From Dictyostelium discoideum (taxonomy: Eukaryota): a stretch of DNA of 64,000 bases. The notes below the pieces were generated by a model that had not been told where the DNA came from, did no database searches, and saw only the letters and a program-made list of their open reading frames with translations. The position numbers and the translations under genes were made by a program. The stretch covers positions 160,001 through 224,000 of the forward strand of contig CM000152.2 of assembly GCA_000004695.1 (NCBI GenBank). Reading direction: 5' to 3'. Positions within the stretch are counted from its first letter, which is position 1. Every line of letters starts with the position of its first letter. Of this stretch, positions 51,691-64,000 are shown one piece after another.

Positions 51691-51915
51691 ATGTACATAT
51701 AATAATAAAAAAAAAAAAAAAAAAAAAAACAAATATAAATATAAATTTATATTTAGAAAAAAAAAACAAAAACAATAACAAAAACAAAAACAAAAACAAA
51801 AACAAAAACAAAAACAATAATAAGGTTATCAATAAATAATAAATTAAAAAATTTAAAATTATCAACAGTAAAAAATTTATATAATAAATCATCATCAATA
51901 TCAATAATACTTGTA

Positions 51916-51993
<78 letters not shown>

Positions 51994-54784
51994 TTTATTT
52001 CATTATCAACAACAAATTTATTTAATCAAAAATTATGTATAGAATCATATAAAAAAGTAAATTATTGTAAAAAGAAAGGAGGTGGTAATAAAAATAATGA
52101 TGATAATGATAATGAAAAGAATGAAAAAAATGAAAAAAAAGTAAAAAATGAAAAGAAAGAAAAAAATGAAAAAAATGATGGAAATGAAAAAGTTGAAATA
52201 GTTGAAGATAATGATTTAATTGTACCATTATCAAAAGAATTATTACAATTTGATAAACCATCAAATAAAAGTATGTAAAAAAAATATTGTATTTTTTTAA
52301 TAATATTATTAATTAAAATTATATTAATATAATTTTTTTTTTTTTTTTTTTAAAAAAAAAGGAAAAGATTGGCCATTAAATTCAGAAGTTGTAATTTATC
52401 CATCAAATTCAGTTAATTTTATTGGTACAACAGGACCAATTAATCTTGGATTTCAATTTATTACTAGATTAGTACCAAACGCAAGTGGTAAAACATTTCT
52501 TGGATTTTTTTTATGTAAAGATGCGTATAGAAATAATAATAATCAGATTGGAAGGACTATAGATAGTATTCATAATGTTGGTGTATTGGCTCAAGTTACA
52601 CTATCACCTAGTGGGATTTACCATTTTGAAACGATTAAAAGGATTAGAATAAAGGAGGTGCAAAATGGCCAATTCCCATTCATAGCGAGTATAGAACCAT
52701 TGTCAAACGATGAACGAGAATTAAAAGACCCCAGAATAGCAGAGTTAATGACGAAAATCAATGTATTGTCATTGGAATATAGGAAACTTTATCCAGACGT
52801 CTATACAATTAATTCGGTTGATTTTGAAAATCAGATTGAAGTAATTGATAACCCAGATTACTATTTGGCTGCAGTTATCAATTATTACGGTTTGAATTAC
52901 CCTGACGAATGTCAAAAAATATTAGAGACTCAATCGGTTGTGAAACGATTGGAGATGTTGTATCACATGATATTGAATGAGCAACCATTGTTGGCATTGC
53001 AACAAAAGATTGCAAAAGATTTAGATGATAAGACTACGGCTTATAAAAATAAATTATTATTAACTGAGCAATTGAAAAAGTTGAAAGCACTATTGGGTAA
53101 TGAAACCGACGAAAAGGAGAAAACAATCGAAAAGTATCAGAATAAATTATCAGAGTTAACTTTGATATCTGAATCATCGAAAAAGGTAATCCAAGATGAA
53201 ATTTATAAAATTTCAACAATTGACCCATCTTCATCGGAATATTCAGCATTAAAGAATTATTTGGAATGGTTAACTAATTTACCATGGGGTATTTACTCTG
53301 CTGACTATTTCGATTTAAAACATTCTAAAATGGTTTTGGATTCCGATCATTACGGTTTGGAGGATATTAAACAAAGAATATTAGAATTCATTTCAGTTGG
53401 TCATATAAAAGGCACGGTTCAAGGTAAAATACTTTGTTTCATAGGTCCACCAGGTACTGGTAAAACTTCAATAGCTAAATCCATTGCGAAAGCATTGAAA
53501 AAGGAATTTTTTAGATTCTCTGTGGGTGGTTTATTCGATGAGAGTGAAATCAAAGGTCATAGAAGAACCTATGTGGGTTCAATGCCTGGAAAGATCATTC
53601 AAGCTTTGAAAATAACTCAAACTTCAAATCCAGTGATATTAATCGATGAAATTGATAAAATTGGAAAAAGAAACCATGGTGACCCTTCATCTGCCTTACT
53701 TGAGGTACTAGACCCCGAGCAAAATGTTAGTTTTGTTGATCATTATCTAGATACACCCTATGATCTATCAAAGGTTCTATTCATTTGCACTGCAAACTCT
53801 GGTCAAGATATACCAGCTGCATTATCCGATCGTATGGAAATCATTCGTTTACCAGGTTATGTAGAAGAGGAACAAATTGAAATCGTAAAGAATTTCATCA
53901 TTCCAAAGACTTTTATAGATTGTGGTATTAAACTTGACCAATTATCAATCTCTGACGATGTCATCAAACAAATCGTTAAATTTTATAGTAGAGAAGTTGG
54001 AATTCGTGAATTGGAGAAATTAATTGAAAAGATTATGAGAAAGACTGCATTGAAGCTAGTGAATGGTACTGCTGAAAGAGTTGATCTAACTTTGGATAAT
54101 CTTGAACAATACTTGGGTATACCATCATATACATCCGATAGATACTATGATGTAACTCCAATTGGTGTTGTAAATGGTTTAGCATATACTAAAAAGGGTG
54201 GTGCAACATTATATATTGAAAGTACTTCTGAAGAAATTCAAAAACCTTTATCATCTCTACCACCATCACAACAACAACAAAACCAATTGGAACCATCCAT
54301 TAAAACTACAGGTAATTTGGGTGATGTCATGTCAGAATCGTCAACTATTGCCTACACTTTTGCTAAAAACTTTTTATACGAATTGGATCCTAATAATACA
54401 TTCTTCTCAAATCATAATATTCATTTACATTCACCACAGGGTAACATACCAAAGGATGGTCCATCTGCAGGTGTTACAATGGTAACTTCATTATTATCAT
54501 TGGCTTTAAATGAACCAGTTCAAAATAATTTAGGTATGACTGGTGAAGTTACAATCACTGGTAAAGTCATTACTATTGGCGGTGTAAAAGAGAAAACAAT
54601 TGCTGCCAAAAGATCAGGTTTAACTTCTGTTATTTTCCCTATTAATAATAGAATCAATTTCGAAGAGTTACCAACTTATATTAAAAACGATATTGATGTT
54701 ACATATGCAAATGATTATAAAGATGTTTTTGAAGTTGCTTTTCCAAATAAAAAATATCTTTTAAATAATTTAAAAACTTTTTAA
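51691..54784 (+). CDS. lon: Lon protease (mitochondrial-type), about 956 aa; proposed join(51691..51692,51825..52270,52362..54784) with a split AT|G start codon
   Basis: The main exon 52362..54784 carries the Lon N-domain, AAA+ Walker A (GPPGTGKTSIAKSIAKAL), Walker B (ILIDEIDKIG), sensor regions and the Ser-Lys protease domain (PKDGPSAGVTMVTSL...KEKTIAAKRSG). It is joined through A|GTATGT (52271) and aaaaaaaaAG (52360-52361) to an upstream exon, open in frame 1 from 51825, that encodes LSINNKLKNLKLSTVKNLYNKSSSISIILV-(N)25-...LIVPLSKELLQFDKPSNK. That exon has no in-frame ATG. The only ATG upstream (51691) can be brought in frame as AT|GTACAT...ataagAG|G (intron 51693..51824), giving MLSINNKLKNLKLSTVK..., a typical mitochondrial presequence. 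Total 2871 nt, in frame. The 5' model is tentative. Confidence 0.85.
51762..51815. repeat. (AAAAC)n pentanucleotide repeat in Lon 5' region / proposed first intron
   Basis: aaaaacaaaaac... about 9 units. Confidence 0.85.
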
Positions 54785-54914
54785 AAAGTAATAAAAAAAT
54801 AATAAATAATAAATAATAAATAATAAATAATAAAATATAAATGATAAATACAAATAAATAAATAAAAAATGTTATATTTATGTACAAAAAAGGTTTAATT
54901 AAATAGTTTTATTG

Positions 54915-54945
<31 letters not shown>

Positions 54946-54952
54946 TATATTT

Positions 54953-55198
54953 TTAAGCCATTAATGCTGGCTGACATAGTATATTATAACTTAAACCATT
55001 ATTATATGTTAAAACTACATTATTTTTATAGACTGTTGTTATATATTGAGTTTTATCGCTATTTTGTTTTGTCATTACAACATAATTATTATCATTCTTA
55101 TATTCTTCAACTTCTTTTATATTTTCATTGTCTATAAAGTATTTGAAAGAAACGGCAATAACAAAGTTTTCAAATTTTAAGTGTACAACTTCAAACAT
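54953..55198 (-). CDS. Small hypothetical protein (81 aa)
   Basis: Intact ATG-to-TAA ORF of non-repetitive composition (MFEVVHLKFENFVIAVSFKYFIDNENIKEVEEYKNDNNYVVMTKQNSDKTQYITTVYKNNVVLTYNNGLSYNILCQPALMA), flanked by poly-A/T. No family recognised. Confidence 0.35.
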   Translation of the reverse strand: MFEVVHLKFENFVIAVSFKYFIDNENIKEVEEYKNDNNYVVMTKQNSDKTQYITTVYKNNVVLTYNNGLSYNILCQPALMA

Positions 55199-56613
55199 TT
55201 TCTTTTTTTTTCTTTTTTCTTTTTTTTTTTTTTTTAATATGTATAAACTTGAAATTAATTTATTTATTTATTATTTTTTTAAAATTAAATAATGAATTTG
55301 TTTATATATTTTTTTTTTTTTTTTTACTGTTTTTTAAAATAATATTAATATAATTTAAAAATTATTCGAATAATTATTTAATTAAAAAAATATTTGTTTT
55401 TTTTTTTTTTTTTTATTAAATTTAATAATGATAATAATTTTTTTTTTTTTTTTTTATTTATATTTAAATTTTTTTTTTTTTACAATTAAAACCTAATTAA
55501 ATCATTATTATCGATAGTTTTTATTGAGAAAAAAAATTATTGAAAAGGAATTTATTGTGTAAAACAGCAAATTACAAATTTGTATAAAAATATAAAAAAG
55601 GAAAAGTATTTGTGTAAAAAAGGAAAAATCTCAACCTAACCCCATTAGAATTACTTAGAATGGAAGTGTTTTTTTTTGTGTGATTGTTAAAAATAGTTTT
55701 TTTTTTGATTTTGAATTTATTTTTAATTTTTTTATTTTTTTATTTTTTTAGAAAATTAAAAATAAAAATAAAAATAAAAAAATAACCACCACATATTTTT
55801 GTGAGTGTGAGAAAAAAAAAGAAAGTGGTAATATTGTATGTAACAATCCTTTTTAATCACACCAATAATTATTAAAACCAGCCAAAATTGCATCAAAAAA
55901 AAAAAAAAAAAAAATATAATAATAAAAAATAAACAATATTTTACCCATCAATGATAATATATAAATTTATTTCTTTTTTCATAATTTATTTATTTTTTTT
56001 TATATTCTATTAATGTGGTGTGAGTTGCTGGGAGTTGGTAAAATTTTTTTTTTTTTTTTTTTTTATTGTGTGTTGACTTTAGGCTTAAATTTGTTGATGT
56101 CTTTTTTATTTTATGGAAAAAAAAAAAAAAAAAAAAAAAAAAAAGAAAATTTGATGTCTGACAGTTTTTTTTAATTTTTTTATTTATTTATTTTTTTTTA
56201 TTTTTTTTTATTTAGATAAAATTAATTTGATTTGCTACGATGTTAATTTATTATATTTGATAGTTAAAAAGGTTATAATTAGAAAAAAAAAAAAAAAAAA
56301 AAAAATAATTAAACCCTTTTACCACACAAATGTAATTTTTTTATCTGTATTTTTTTTTTTTAATAATTTTTTTCTTTTCAAATAAAGATAGGCTTTAATA
56401 TATGATCATATAAAGTATTTTAAAATTTTTTAAATTTTGAAAAGGGGTAACTTATAATTATGAAAAAAAATAAAAAAAATAAAAAAAAATAAAAAATTGG
56501 ATTTGTATAATGATACAAATAAAAAAAAAAAAAAAAAAAAAATTTCCCAATCATATTAATATTAATTATTATTTTTTTTTTTTTAAATTTTTTTATTATT
56601 TATATATTTAGGA

Positions 56614-56688
56614 ATGAACAGCATTCAAGTATATAATAGTAATAATAATATTAATAATAGTATTATTAATATTTATAATAATAGTTTA

Positions 56689-56760
<72 letters not shown>

Positions 56761-57183
56761 TTTAATACTGCTATAAATGATGAATATTATTTTCAAAATT
56801 TAAATAAACATAATAATATTTATAATAATAATAATAAAAATTCATTGTATGAATATTTATATTTTTATAATGAACCAATTAAAATGGGTCACATACCATA
56901 CCAAACAAAGATATTAATATTTTTAGATGAATTTAATTTTCCAATAAATGTTGGTGATATTCCTCCTCAAGTTATTGAAATTCATTTTGGGAAAAAATTC
57001 AATCAACCTTTAAATAAAAATGTACTTCCAAAAGGTTTACAAAGAATTAGATTTGGTAGAGGTTATAAACATAATTTAATACCTGGGGTAAATTATAATC
57101 CAAACACATTATTATCAATTAAATTTGGTGATAATTTATTCGATTTTGAAAATGGTGGAGAAGCACCACCTCTTCAAATTTAA
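56614..57183 (+). CDS. FNIP-repeat protein (Dictyostelium-type FNIP repeats)
   Basis: The C-terminal half has tandem FNIP-repeat units (IPPQVIEIHFGKKFNQPLNKNVLPKGLQRIRFGRGYKHNLIPGVNYNPNTLLSIKFGDNLFD). The N-terminus is poly-Asn, encoded by an (AAT)n tract. Confidence 0.8.
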
Positions 57184-57218
57184 TTTTTTCTTTTTAGTTA
57201 ATCAAAAAAAAAAAAAGG

Positions 57219-57249
<31 letters not shown>

Positions 57250-57535
57250 ATAAAAAAAAAAAATTTTTTTGAAAAAAAAAAAAAAAAATTTTGTCGATTT
57301 CAAATTATATAATATTTCAAATTTATTTTTCTAAACACTTTTTGAATTAATAATTTTTTCATTTTTTTATTTATATTTTAAAAATTCATATGATTAATTA
57401 ATAAATTAAAAATATATCTTCAATAAAAAAAATAGATACCATGAATTAATAATGCTTGTCATTTTATTATTATTATTTTTATAAATATTATTATTATTAT
57501 TATTTTTATTATTATTTTTAGAAAATAAAGATTAT

Positions 57536-57740
57536 TAGGGTTGAATCAGTTCTATGACCATGATTCGAATACAACATGGTTTTAATTTATAATCCAAACA
57601 AAAGAAAATTATATCTTTGTTTGGGTGAAGTGCACATAGTTTATAATTATCAATATTATAATTTGTTATGTTGAGATAGGGTACAATTGTGTTTGTTTTG
57701 GAATTAATCTGGGTTGAGAAAAAAAAATGGATGAGTGATA
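57536..57740. other. GC-enriched non-coding island with a perfect 10-bp-stem hairpin; candidate small ncRNA
   Basis: ggttgaatcagttctatgaccatgattcgaatacaacatgg...ccaaacaaag-aaaattatat-ctttgtttgg... has much lower A+T than the surrounding 4 kb and no ORF. The stem CCAAACAAAG/CTTTGTTTGG is a perfect inverted repeat. Confidence 0.25.
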
Positions 57741-58042
57741 TTTTAAAAAAAAGATTTCTCTTTAATATGGTATTTTTTAAATTTTAATTTTTTTTTTTTT
57801 TTTTTTTTTTAATCAATAATATTTTTTTTTTTAATTATTTAATTATTTTCATTGTAGTTTGGAATTAATTGATTGTTTTTATAAGTTTATTTTGAATGAA
57901 AGAGTAAAAATTTTTAATAAAAAATTATTCTAAATTCAATGAATTGATCAATCACCTCAAAAAAATATGTTAATAAATTTATAAATTTATCATAATTATG
58001 GTGTTTTCAAAATCTCAATTTTAAATGGTATTAGTAATCAAA

Positions 58043-58100
<58 letters not shown>

Positions 58101-58293
58101 ATATTTTTTTTTTTAAATTGGAATATTGTAAAATATTGTGAACAGAACCCCCATTAATATTGCTCATTAAATATTAATATTGGAGTGAACTTATTATCCT
58201 TAAAAAAATTTCGGTTAATTAATTTATTGTTTTTTTTTATTAACAATAAATATTAACAATAATTTTTAAAATTCGATCGAGAGTGTCTTTTGG

Positions 58294-58333
<40 letters not shown>

Positions 58334-58859
58334 ATAAAAATCATAATTAAAATTAAAATTAAAATTTAATAAAAGTTATTCAATTAATTAATTATGATTC
58401 AAAATTAACATAAATTTGAACAACACTATTAGTATATACTCTTTTTATTTTATTTTTTTGGCCTTCAATAATAATAAAAAAAAAGAAATTACTAAAAAAA
58501 TTCATTATTTTATGTTGAGATATTTATAACACACTTTATTTTAAATTTTACCCACACAAACACAAGAAAATAGGTTAGAATATTAATTTGATTATATTGA
58601 AATTAAAAAAATAAAAAATGTATATATAGTATTTGGGTTTTTATTTAAAATTATTTTATTATTTAAATTAAAATTGAAAAATTAAAAATTAATAGATATT
58701 ATATTACTGATTTTTGTTATATCGATATCGATGGATGTGAGAGAATTACTACTGAAAAGATGGAATTATTACTTTAATTATGCTAATTATATTATATTTA
58801 ATTTTAAGTTTTAAATCACTTAAAAAATTTATTTTTTATAACTTTATTTTATATTATTA

Positions 58860-58891
<32 letters not shown>

Positions 58892-58953
58892 GCGATCGTA
58901 CTTTAAAAACGCATTATAATATGTATTTATTATAAAAACTTAATAACCACACA

Positions 58954-58995
<42 letters not shown>

Positions 58996-59123
58996 ACATT
59001 CCCACACACACAAAAAAACAGAATCAAGATAATAGCAAACCCAACAAGATATAAAATCCTAACCATTGTAACTTAATTGTTTTATCATTTATATATATTT
59101 ATATAATTTCGTGTGCTGGTGTG

Positions 59124-59158
<35 letters not shown>

Positions 59159-59214
59159 ATTTTAATAATTATTTATTTTAAATAATTATAAAAAAAAAAA
59201 AAAACAATACACCA

Positions 59215-59261
<47 letters not shown>

Positions 59262-59587
59262 TTCTTTATTTTTAATATAACAATTTTTTTATAATTATTT
59301 GTTACCGTGTTACGCATTATATTTACTATATAATAATTTAAATATTTTACAATTTTTAATTTATATATAAAATTTTTTTATTTTTTTTATTTTATTTTTT
59401 TTATTTTAGACACAATCATTTTTTTTTTTTTTTTTTTTTTTTTAAATAAATAAATTAAAAAAAAAAAAAGTATTTAATTAATTAATTATTTAAAATAAAA
59501 ATTAAACTATATTTATATGTAATAGTAAAAACATCAGTGTAAGGAAAAAAAAAATAAAATAAAAAAAAAATAAAAAGGTAAATTTCA

Positions 59588-59623
<36 letters not shown>

Positions 59624-61402
59624 TTGTTTAATTTTTTAAATTTTATTATATTGTAGTTTTTTTTTTTTTTACCAAAAATAGAAATTTTTATAAAAAAATG
59701 GTTTACTATAGTATTGGATGATTTAAAAATAGAAATTGTTATAGCAATAATCAGTCAACCTAATTTTTTACAATTTTGTCAAAAACAAAACCATCAATTT
59801 TAAAAAAAATTAAAAAAATTAAAAAAAAGAAATTAATTTAAAAAAAAAAAAATAACAATTCATAGAATAAAACACCAAATTTAGTTGTTCAATTTGTTGT
59901 TTTTGTTATTGTTGTTTTTTTATCTTTTTTGTTGTTAATTTAAAAATTTCACACCATACACAATTAATGAATAACACAGGCAATTACTTTTTTTGGATAA
60001 ATTATATATTCTATATTTATACTTTTTAATATATTTTTAAAAAAAAAAAAAAAAAAAAGGAAAAAAAAAAATTGTGAATAGAAAAAAAAAAAAAAAAAAA
60101 AAAAATTATTAAATTGGTGATAAATAATAATTTTTTGTGCATAGTATTAATATATAATTGGAGAGGTAAAATTAATTATTTTTTTTGGGGTTAAAATAAA
60201 ATAATAAATTTTTATCTGTTATTCATCATTCTCATATTCAATTATTTACGCCCAAAAAGAAACCAATTATTTTTTTAATTTGTTTGGTGATTTTTTTTTT
60301 TTTTTTCAACAAATATATTTTTATTCTAAAGGTTAAAACTAACAATTTCAATAAAAAATAATTATAATAATTAGTATCTGCTTTTTTAAAGTAACAATAT
60401 CAATCAATCATACACATTAAAAAAATTAATTACTCCACCTAAAACTCACACACACCCACCCCCTTTTTTTGAAAATTTAAACCATATATATGTTTTTTTT
60501 TTTTTTTTTTTAAAAAAAATATTTTCTACCACACAATCGAATCAAAATTGCATATCTCACTATAGTGAGAGAAGTAGACGGTGTGTTTGTGTGTTTTTTG
60601 TTTTTGTTTTTTGTGTGTTTTTGTTTTTTGTGTGTTTTGATTTTTTTTTTTTTTTTTTTTTTTTGGGTGTGAATGTGGTATTTATTGTTGTGAATTAAAA
60701 CTTTTATTATGATAAATAATAACAAGAATAGTATGGGTTTGAATTTTTTTTTCTATTTTTAAAAAAAAATAAAATAAAATAATAATAATAATAATAAAAA
60801 AATAAAATTAAAAAAAAAATAAAAAGTATTAGTTTTTTTTTTTTTTTTTTTTTTTATTATTTTATTTTTTTAATTTTATTTCTTTTAAAAGATAATTTAT
60901 ATTTTTATAAAAAAAACCAAAAAAAAAAAAAAATAAAAAATAAGGCAAAAATAATTATTTAAACCATTAAAGCTTGAAAATGGCTACCATTGTTTGTGTA
61001 TGTGTTAATATTAAAATTTAAAATCTAGATAAAAATTCTATAAATAATAAAAATAATAATAATAATAAAAATGTTTAAAAAAAAAAATAATAAAAAAAAT
61101 TATAAAAAAAAAAAAATACCAAAAAAAACAATAATTTTAAAAATAATAAAAATAATAATGATAAAAAAAAACAATTATAAATGTAACATGTGGTGTCATT
61201 ATTATTTGTGTGTGTTAGGAGTGTGTGAACACAACCTATAAGGATTTTGATAATTAATTTTTTTTATATTTTTGTTTTTATATGTTGAATTGTTTTTTTT
61301 TGTGTATTTTTATTATTATTTTTATTATTATTATTATTTTTGTTTTTTTTTTTTAATAATTAATTTTACTTTCCTATTTAATTTTATTTTTTTTATTCTT
61401 TT

Positions 61403-61455
<53 letters not shown>

Positions 61456-61611
61456 TTAAAAATTTATAAAAAGAATAAAAATAATAATACAAATTTTAAA
61501 TATATATATTTATATAAAAAGTATATATATTAATTAATTAATTAATTAACTTTTATTATTATTTTTTTTATTTTTATTTTTTTTTTAAAATTAATTAATA
61601 TTTAGAAAAAA

Positions 61612-63434
61612 ATGGTTAGAAAGTTATTTAATACATCACATAAAAAAGAATTAATATTAGATGTTGATACGACCATTGTAAAAATTGGAACACCAAAGAA
61701 TGTTGTATTATTAACAAAATGGTTAGATGCAAATGGAGCAATTAAAGAAGAAGGTGTATTTAGAGTAAATGGTAATACAACAACAATGGAACAAATTAAA
61801 AAGAATTTTAGTCAAGGAAAAGATGATTTAACTAAATACACTTCTGCTGATATTCATTCAATGGCTGGTTGTTTAAAATTCATTTTAAGAGAATTACCAG
61901 AACCAATATTCACTTGGGATTTTTATCCAATATTTATAAAAATACAATGTAAATATATGAATATATATTTAAAAATTATTTTAAAATTGAAAAAAAAAAA
62001 ATATTAATATTTATTTATTATTTATTTAATAGGTTTACAAGATGAATCAAGGAAATTATTTTTTTTAAAAATGTTAATTCACGGTTTACCATATACAAGT
62101 AGAACATTAGTATTTCAATTGTTTGGATTTTTAAGTAAATTTTCAGTACATCAAGATCAAAATAAAATGACTCCAAAAAATTTAGCAACAGTTTTTGCAC
62201 CAAATGTATTAAGACCTAAAAAAGAGGAAGATAATTTTCAATTAATGAATAATCAAGATTCAATCGGTGTTATTGAAACTTTAATAGAAGAATTTCAATA
62301 TATTTCAAATGTAAATAAATTTATATTTATTTTAATTTATTTTAATTTTATTTATTAACCTTTTTTTTTTTTTTTTTTTTTTAGATTCAAAAGAATACAT
62401 TAAATTCACAAGAAATTAAAGTTAAATCAGTATTACCATTTGATGAGACTACAAATGCAATTACTCAACAAAGTTTAGTTGAAGATTATTTAATTGCTAA
62501 AGCAAATACACCACAGGAATCATCAAGTTTTAAAAAGAATTTACCATTTAAAAAAGGTGATATTATAAAGTTATTGTATATTAAAAATGATGGTAATTTC
62601 ATTGGAGAAATTAATGGTATTACAGGTAACTTATCACAAACCTATGTTGATATAATCGATATTTCTGAACTTGCAGAAGCTTTTACATTAACTCCACCAC
62701 CAATTCCAACTTTACCAATTGCTTCAACCATATTACATACACCACCTACATCATCATCATCTTCATCTTCATCATCATCTTCTTCTATATTATTAACCGA
62801 TAACCAACCAAAATTATGTTCTTCAACACCTAGAATTAATAATTCTCCAAGTAGTTTCTCACCATCACTATCATCAACAACACCACAATTATTAGTACAA
62901 CAATCACCTAGACAATCACCTAGACAAATTCCATCTATTAGCTTAATAGTTGAACCAAATAATACTAATCAACCATCATTTGGCCATGGCACATTACAAA
63001 GAACAAGTACTGGTTACTTTAGTTCCAAACCATTATCGATTTCACAACCTATTAATATGTCAAAACCAACTAATATGTCACCACCAACTCATCATGCTAT
63101 GTCAATGCATAATTTACCACCATCAAACACAACTAGGGAAAATCATTTACCACCATTACCAACTAAACCTCCACCCTTAACAATACCTTCTTCAAGTAGT
63201 CTTCCAACTACTCCAATAAAACAACAACCACAACAACCAATACAACAACCATTAACACCACAGAACCATCATCACCATCATCATCACAATAATTTATCAT
63301 CATCTGTTAATACTGCTAATACTGGTAATTGTGCAAATATACTTTCACCAAATAGTGATAGATATTTATCAAGTCGTAGTCAATCAAGTGTACATTTATC
63401 AGGTTCATCTTCATCCTCCTCTTCCTCATCTTCC

Positions 63435-63466
<32 letters not shown>

Positions 63467-64000
63467 GACATCAAACAGAAAATTTGATTTTTCATTAAAA
63501 TCAAAGAGTTCAAAAAATTCACCTTCTAAAAATTTACCTCCACAACCAACTACTACCTCAACATTAACACCTCCACCACCACCAACTATTACAACCACTA
63601 CTACCACTACCACTACTACCACTACTACCACAATTGCAACAACACCACCTCCACCATCAAAACCATTACCAAATATTCCTGTAAAAGATCAACAATTTAA
63701 TACATTAAAAAGATCAACAATTGAAATTCCACCACCAACAATAACATCAACCAATATTAATAACAATAATAATACTATTAATCCAAGAACATTAAATTAT
63801 AGTTTTTCATCATTTTCAATTACTTATAATAATAGTCAATTAGGTGGACAATTATCACAAGAAGAACCTCCAGGTGGAGTCAAATCACAATCTTCTTACT
63901 TGGATAATAATAATTTACCATCCAGAAATACAAATATTCCAAATTTACCACCAAGACCTCCACCTTTAAATATTCCACAACAACAACAACAATATAAACC
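61612..64000 (+). CDS. RhoGAP + SH3 domain protein, 3' partial (runs off window): join(61612..61948,62033..62310,62385..>64000)
   Basis: Exon 1 (…EEGVFRVNGNTTTMEQIKKNFSQGKDDL…DIHSMAGCLKFILRELPEPIFTWDFYPIFIKIQ; contains the arginine-finger region) ends T|GTAAAT at 61949. Exon 2 (acceptor ttaatAG 62031-62032) gives CLQDESRKLFFLKMLIHGLPYTSRTLVFQLFGFLSKFSVHQDQNKMTPKNLATVFAPNVLRP... and ends AAT|GTAAAT at 62311. Exon 3 (acceptor ttttAG 62383-62384) encodes an SH3 domain (LPFKKGDIIKLLYIKNDGNFIGEINGITGNLSQTYVDII). A long Ser/Thr/Pro-rich tail is still open at 64000. Confidence 0.85.

Noticed and set aside
57536-57580. Possible tRNA (GATTCGAATAC T-loop-like motif)
   Set aside because: No acceptor stem, anticodon arm or GGTTCGANTCC consensus could be built on either strand. 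No tRNA genes were found anywhere in the window.
60554-60567. CTCACTATAGTGAG resembling the T7 promoter core
   Set aside because: It is a 14-bp perfect palindrome. The TAATACGAC part of the T7 promoter is absent, so it is treated as a chance or structural palindrome, not vector contamination.

Overview
This 64 kb window is extremely AT-rich eukaryotic nuclear DNA (about 75-80% A+T) and has every hallmark of a Dictyostelium discoideum-type social-amoeba genome. Intergenic spacers are almost pure A/T homopolymer and microsatellite runs. Introns are short (about 75-240 bp), AT-rich and flanked by GTAAGT/GTATGT/GTAAAT donors and (T)nAG acceptors. Coding regions carry in-frame poly-Asn/Gln/Thr/Ser tracts. 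There are no prokaryotic features: no operons, CRISPR, rRNA or tRNA.

I reconstructed about 30 protein-coding genes on both strands, most with one to eight introns. Splice sites were inferred by hand from frame continuity and protein-family conservation. Recognisable products include:
- actin-cytoskeleton and signalling proteins: fimbrin, a profilin-like protein, an ELMO-domain protein, a LisH-RasGEF, a RhoGAP-SH3 protein (runs off the 3' window edge) and a divergent Arf-like GTPase;
- RNA and protein machinery: Sm D1, Rpb8, NAA50 N-acetyltransferase, mitochondrial ribosomal protein L33, an Fcf2 pre-rRNA factor and a DnaJ protein;
- transporters and membrane proteins: a CorA-type Mg2+ transporter, an SLC33A1 acetyl-CoA transporter and a TMEM115/PL6 rhomboid-like protein;
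- enzymes: Lon protease, an ILVBL/HACL-like TPP enzyme, a PARP-domain protein and a Sec14 protein;
- an FNIP-repeat protein, a SCAI-family protein and several Dictyostelium-style low-complexity hypothetical proteins.

The most unusual loci are:
- a minus-strand gene (19900-22605) built from a nine-exon array of phase-1 mini-exons encoding (G)[11 protein letters not shown] repeats fused to a C-terminal EF-hand pair;
- a divergent, frameshifted S-adenosylhomocysteine-hydrolase paralogue with a poly-Asn insertion;
- a Lon protease whose only possible start is a split AT|G codon;
- a 59-codon L33 gene below the ORF-track size cutoff;
- a 4.4 kb gene-free interval with a hairpin-containing GC island.

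No transposons or RNA genes could be supported.
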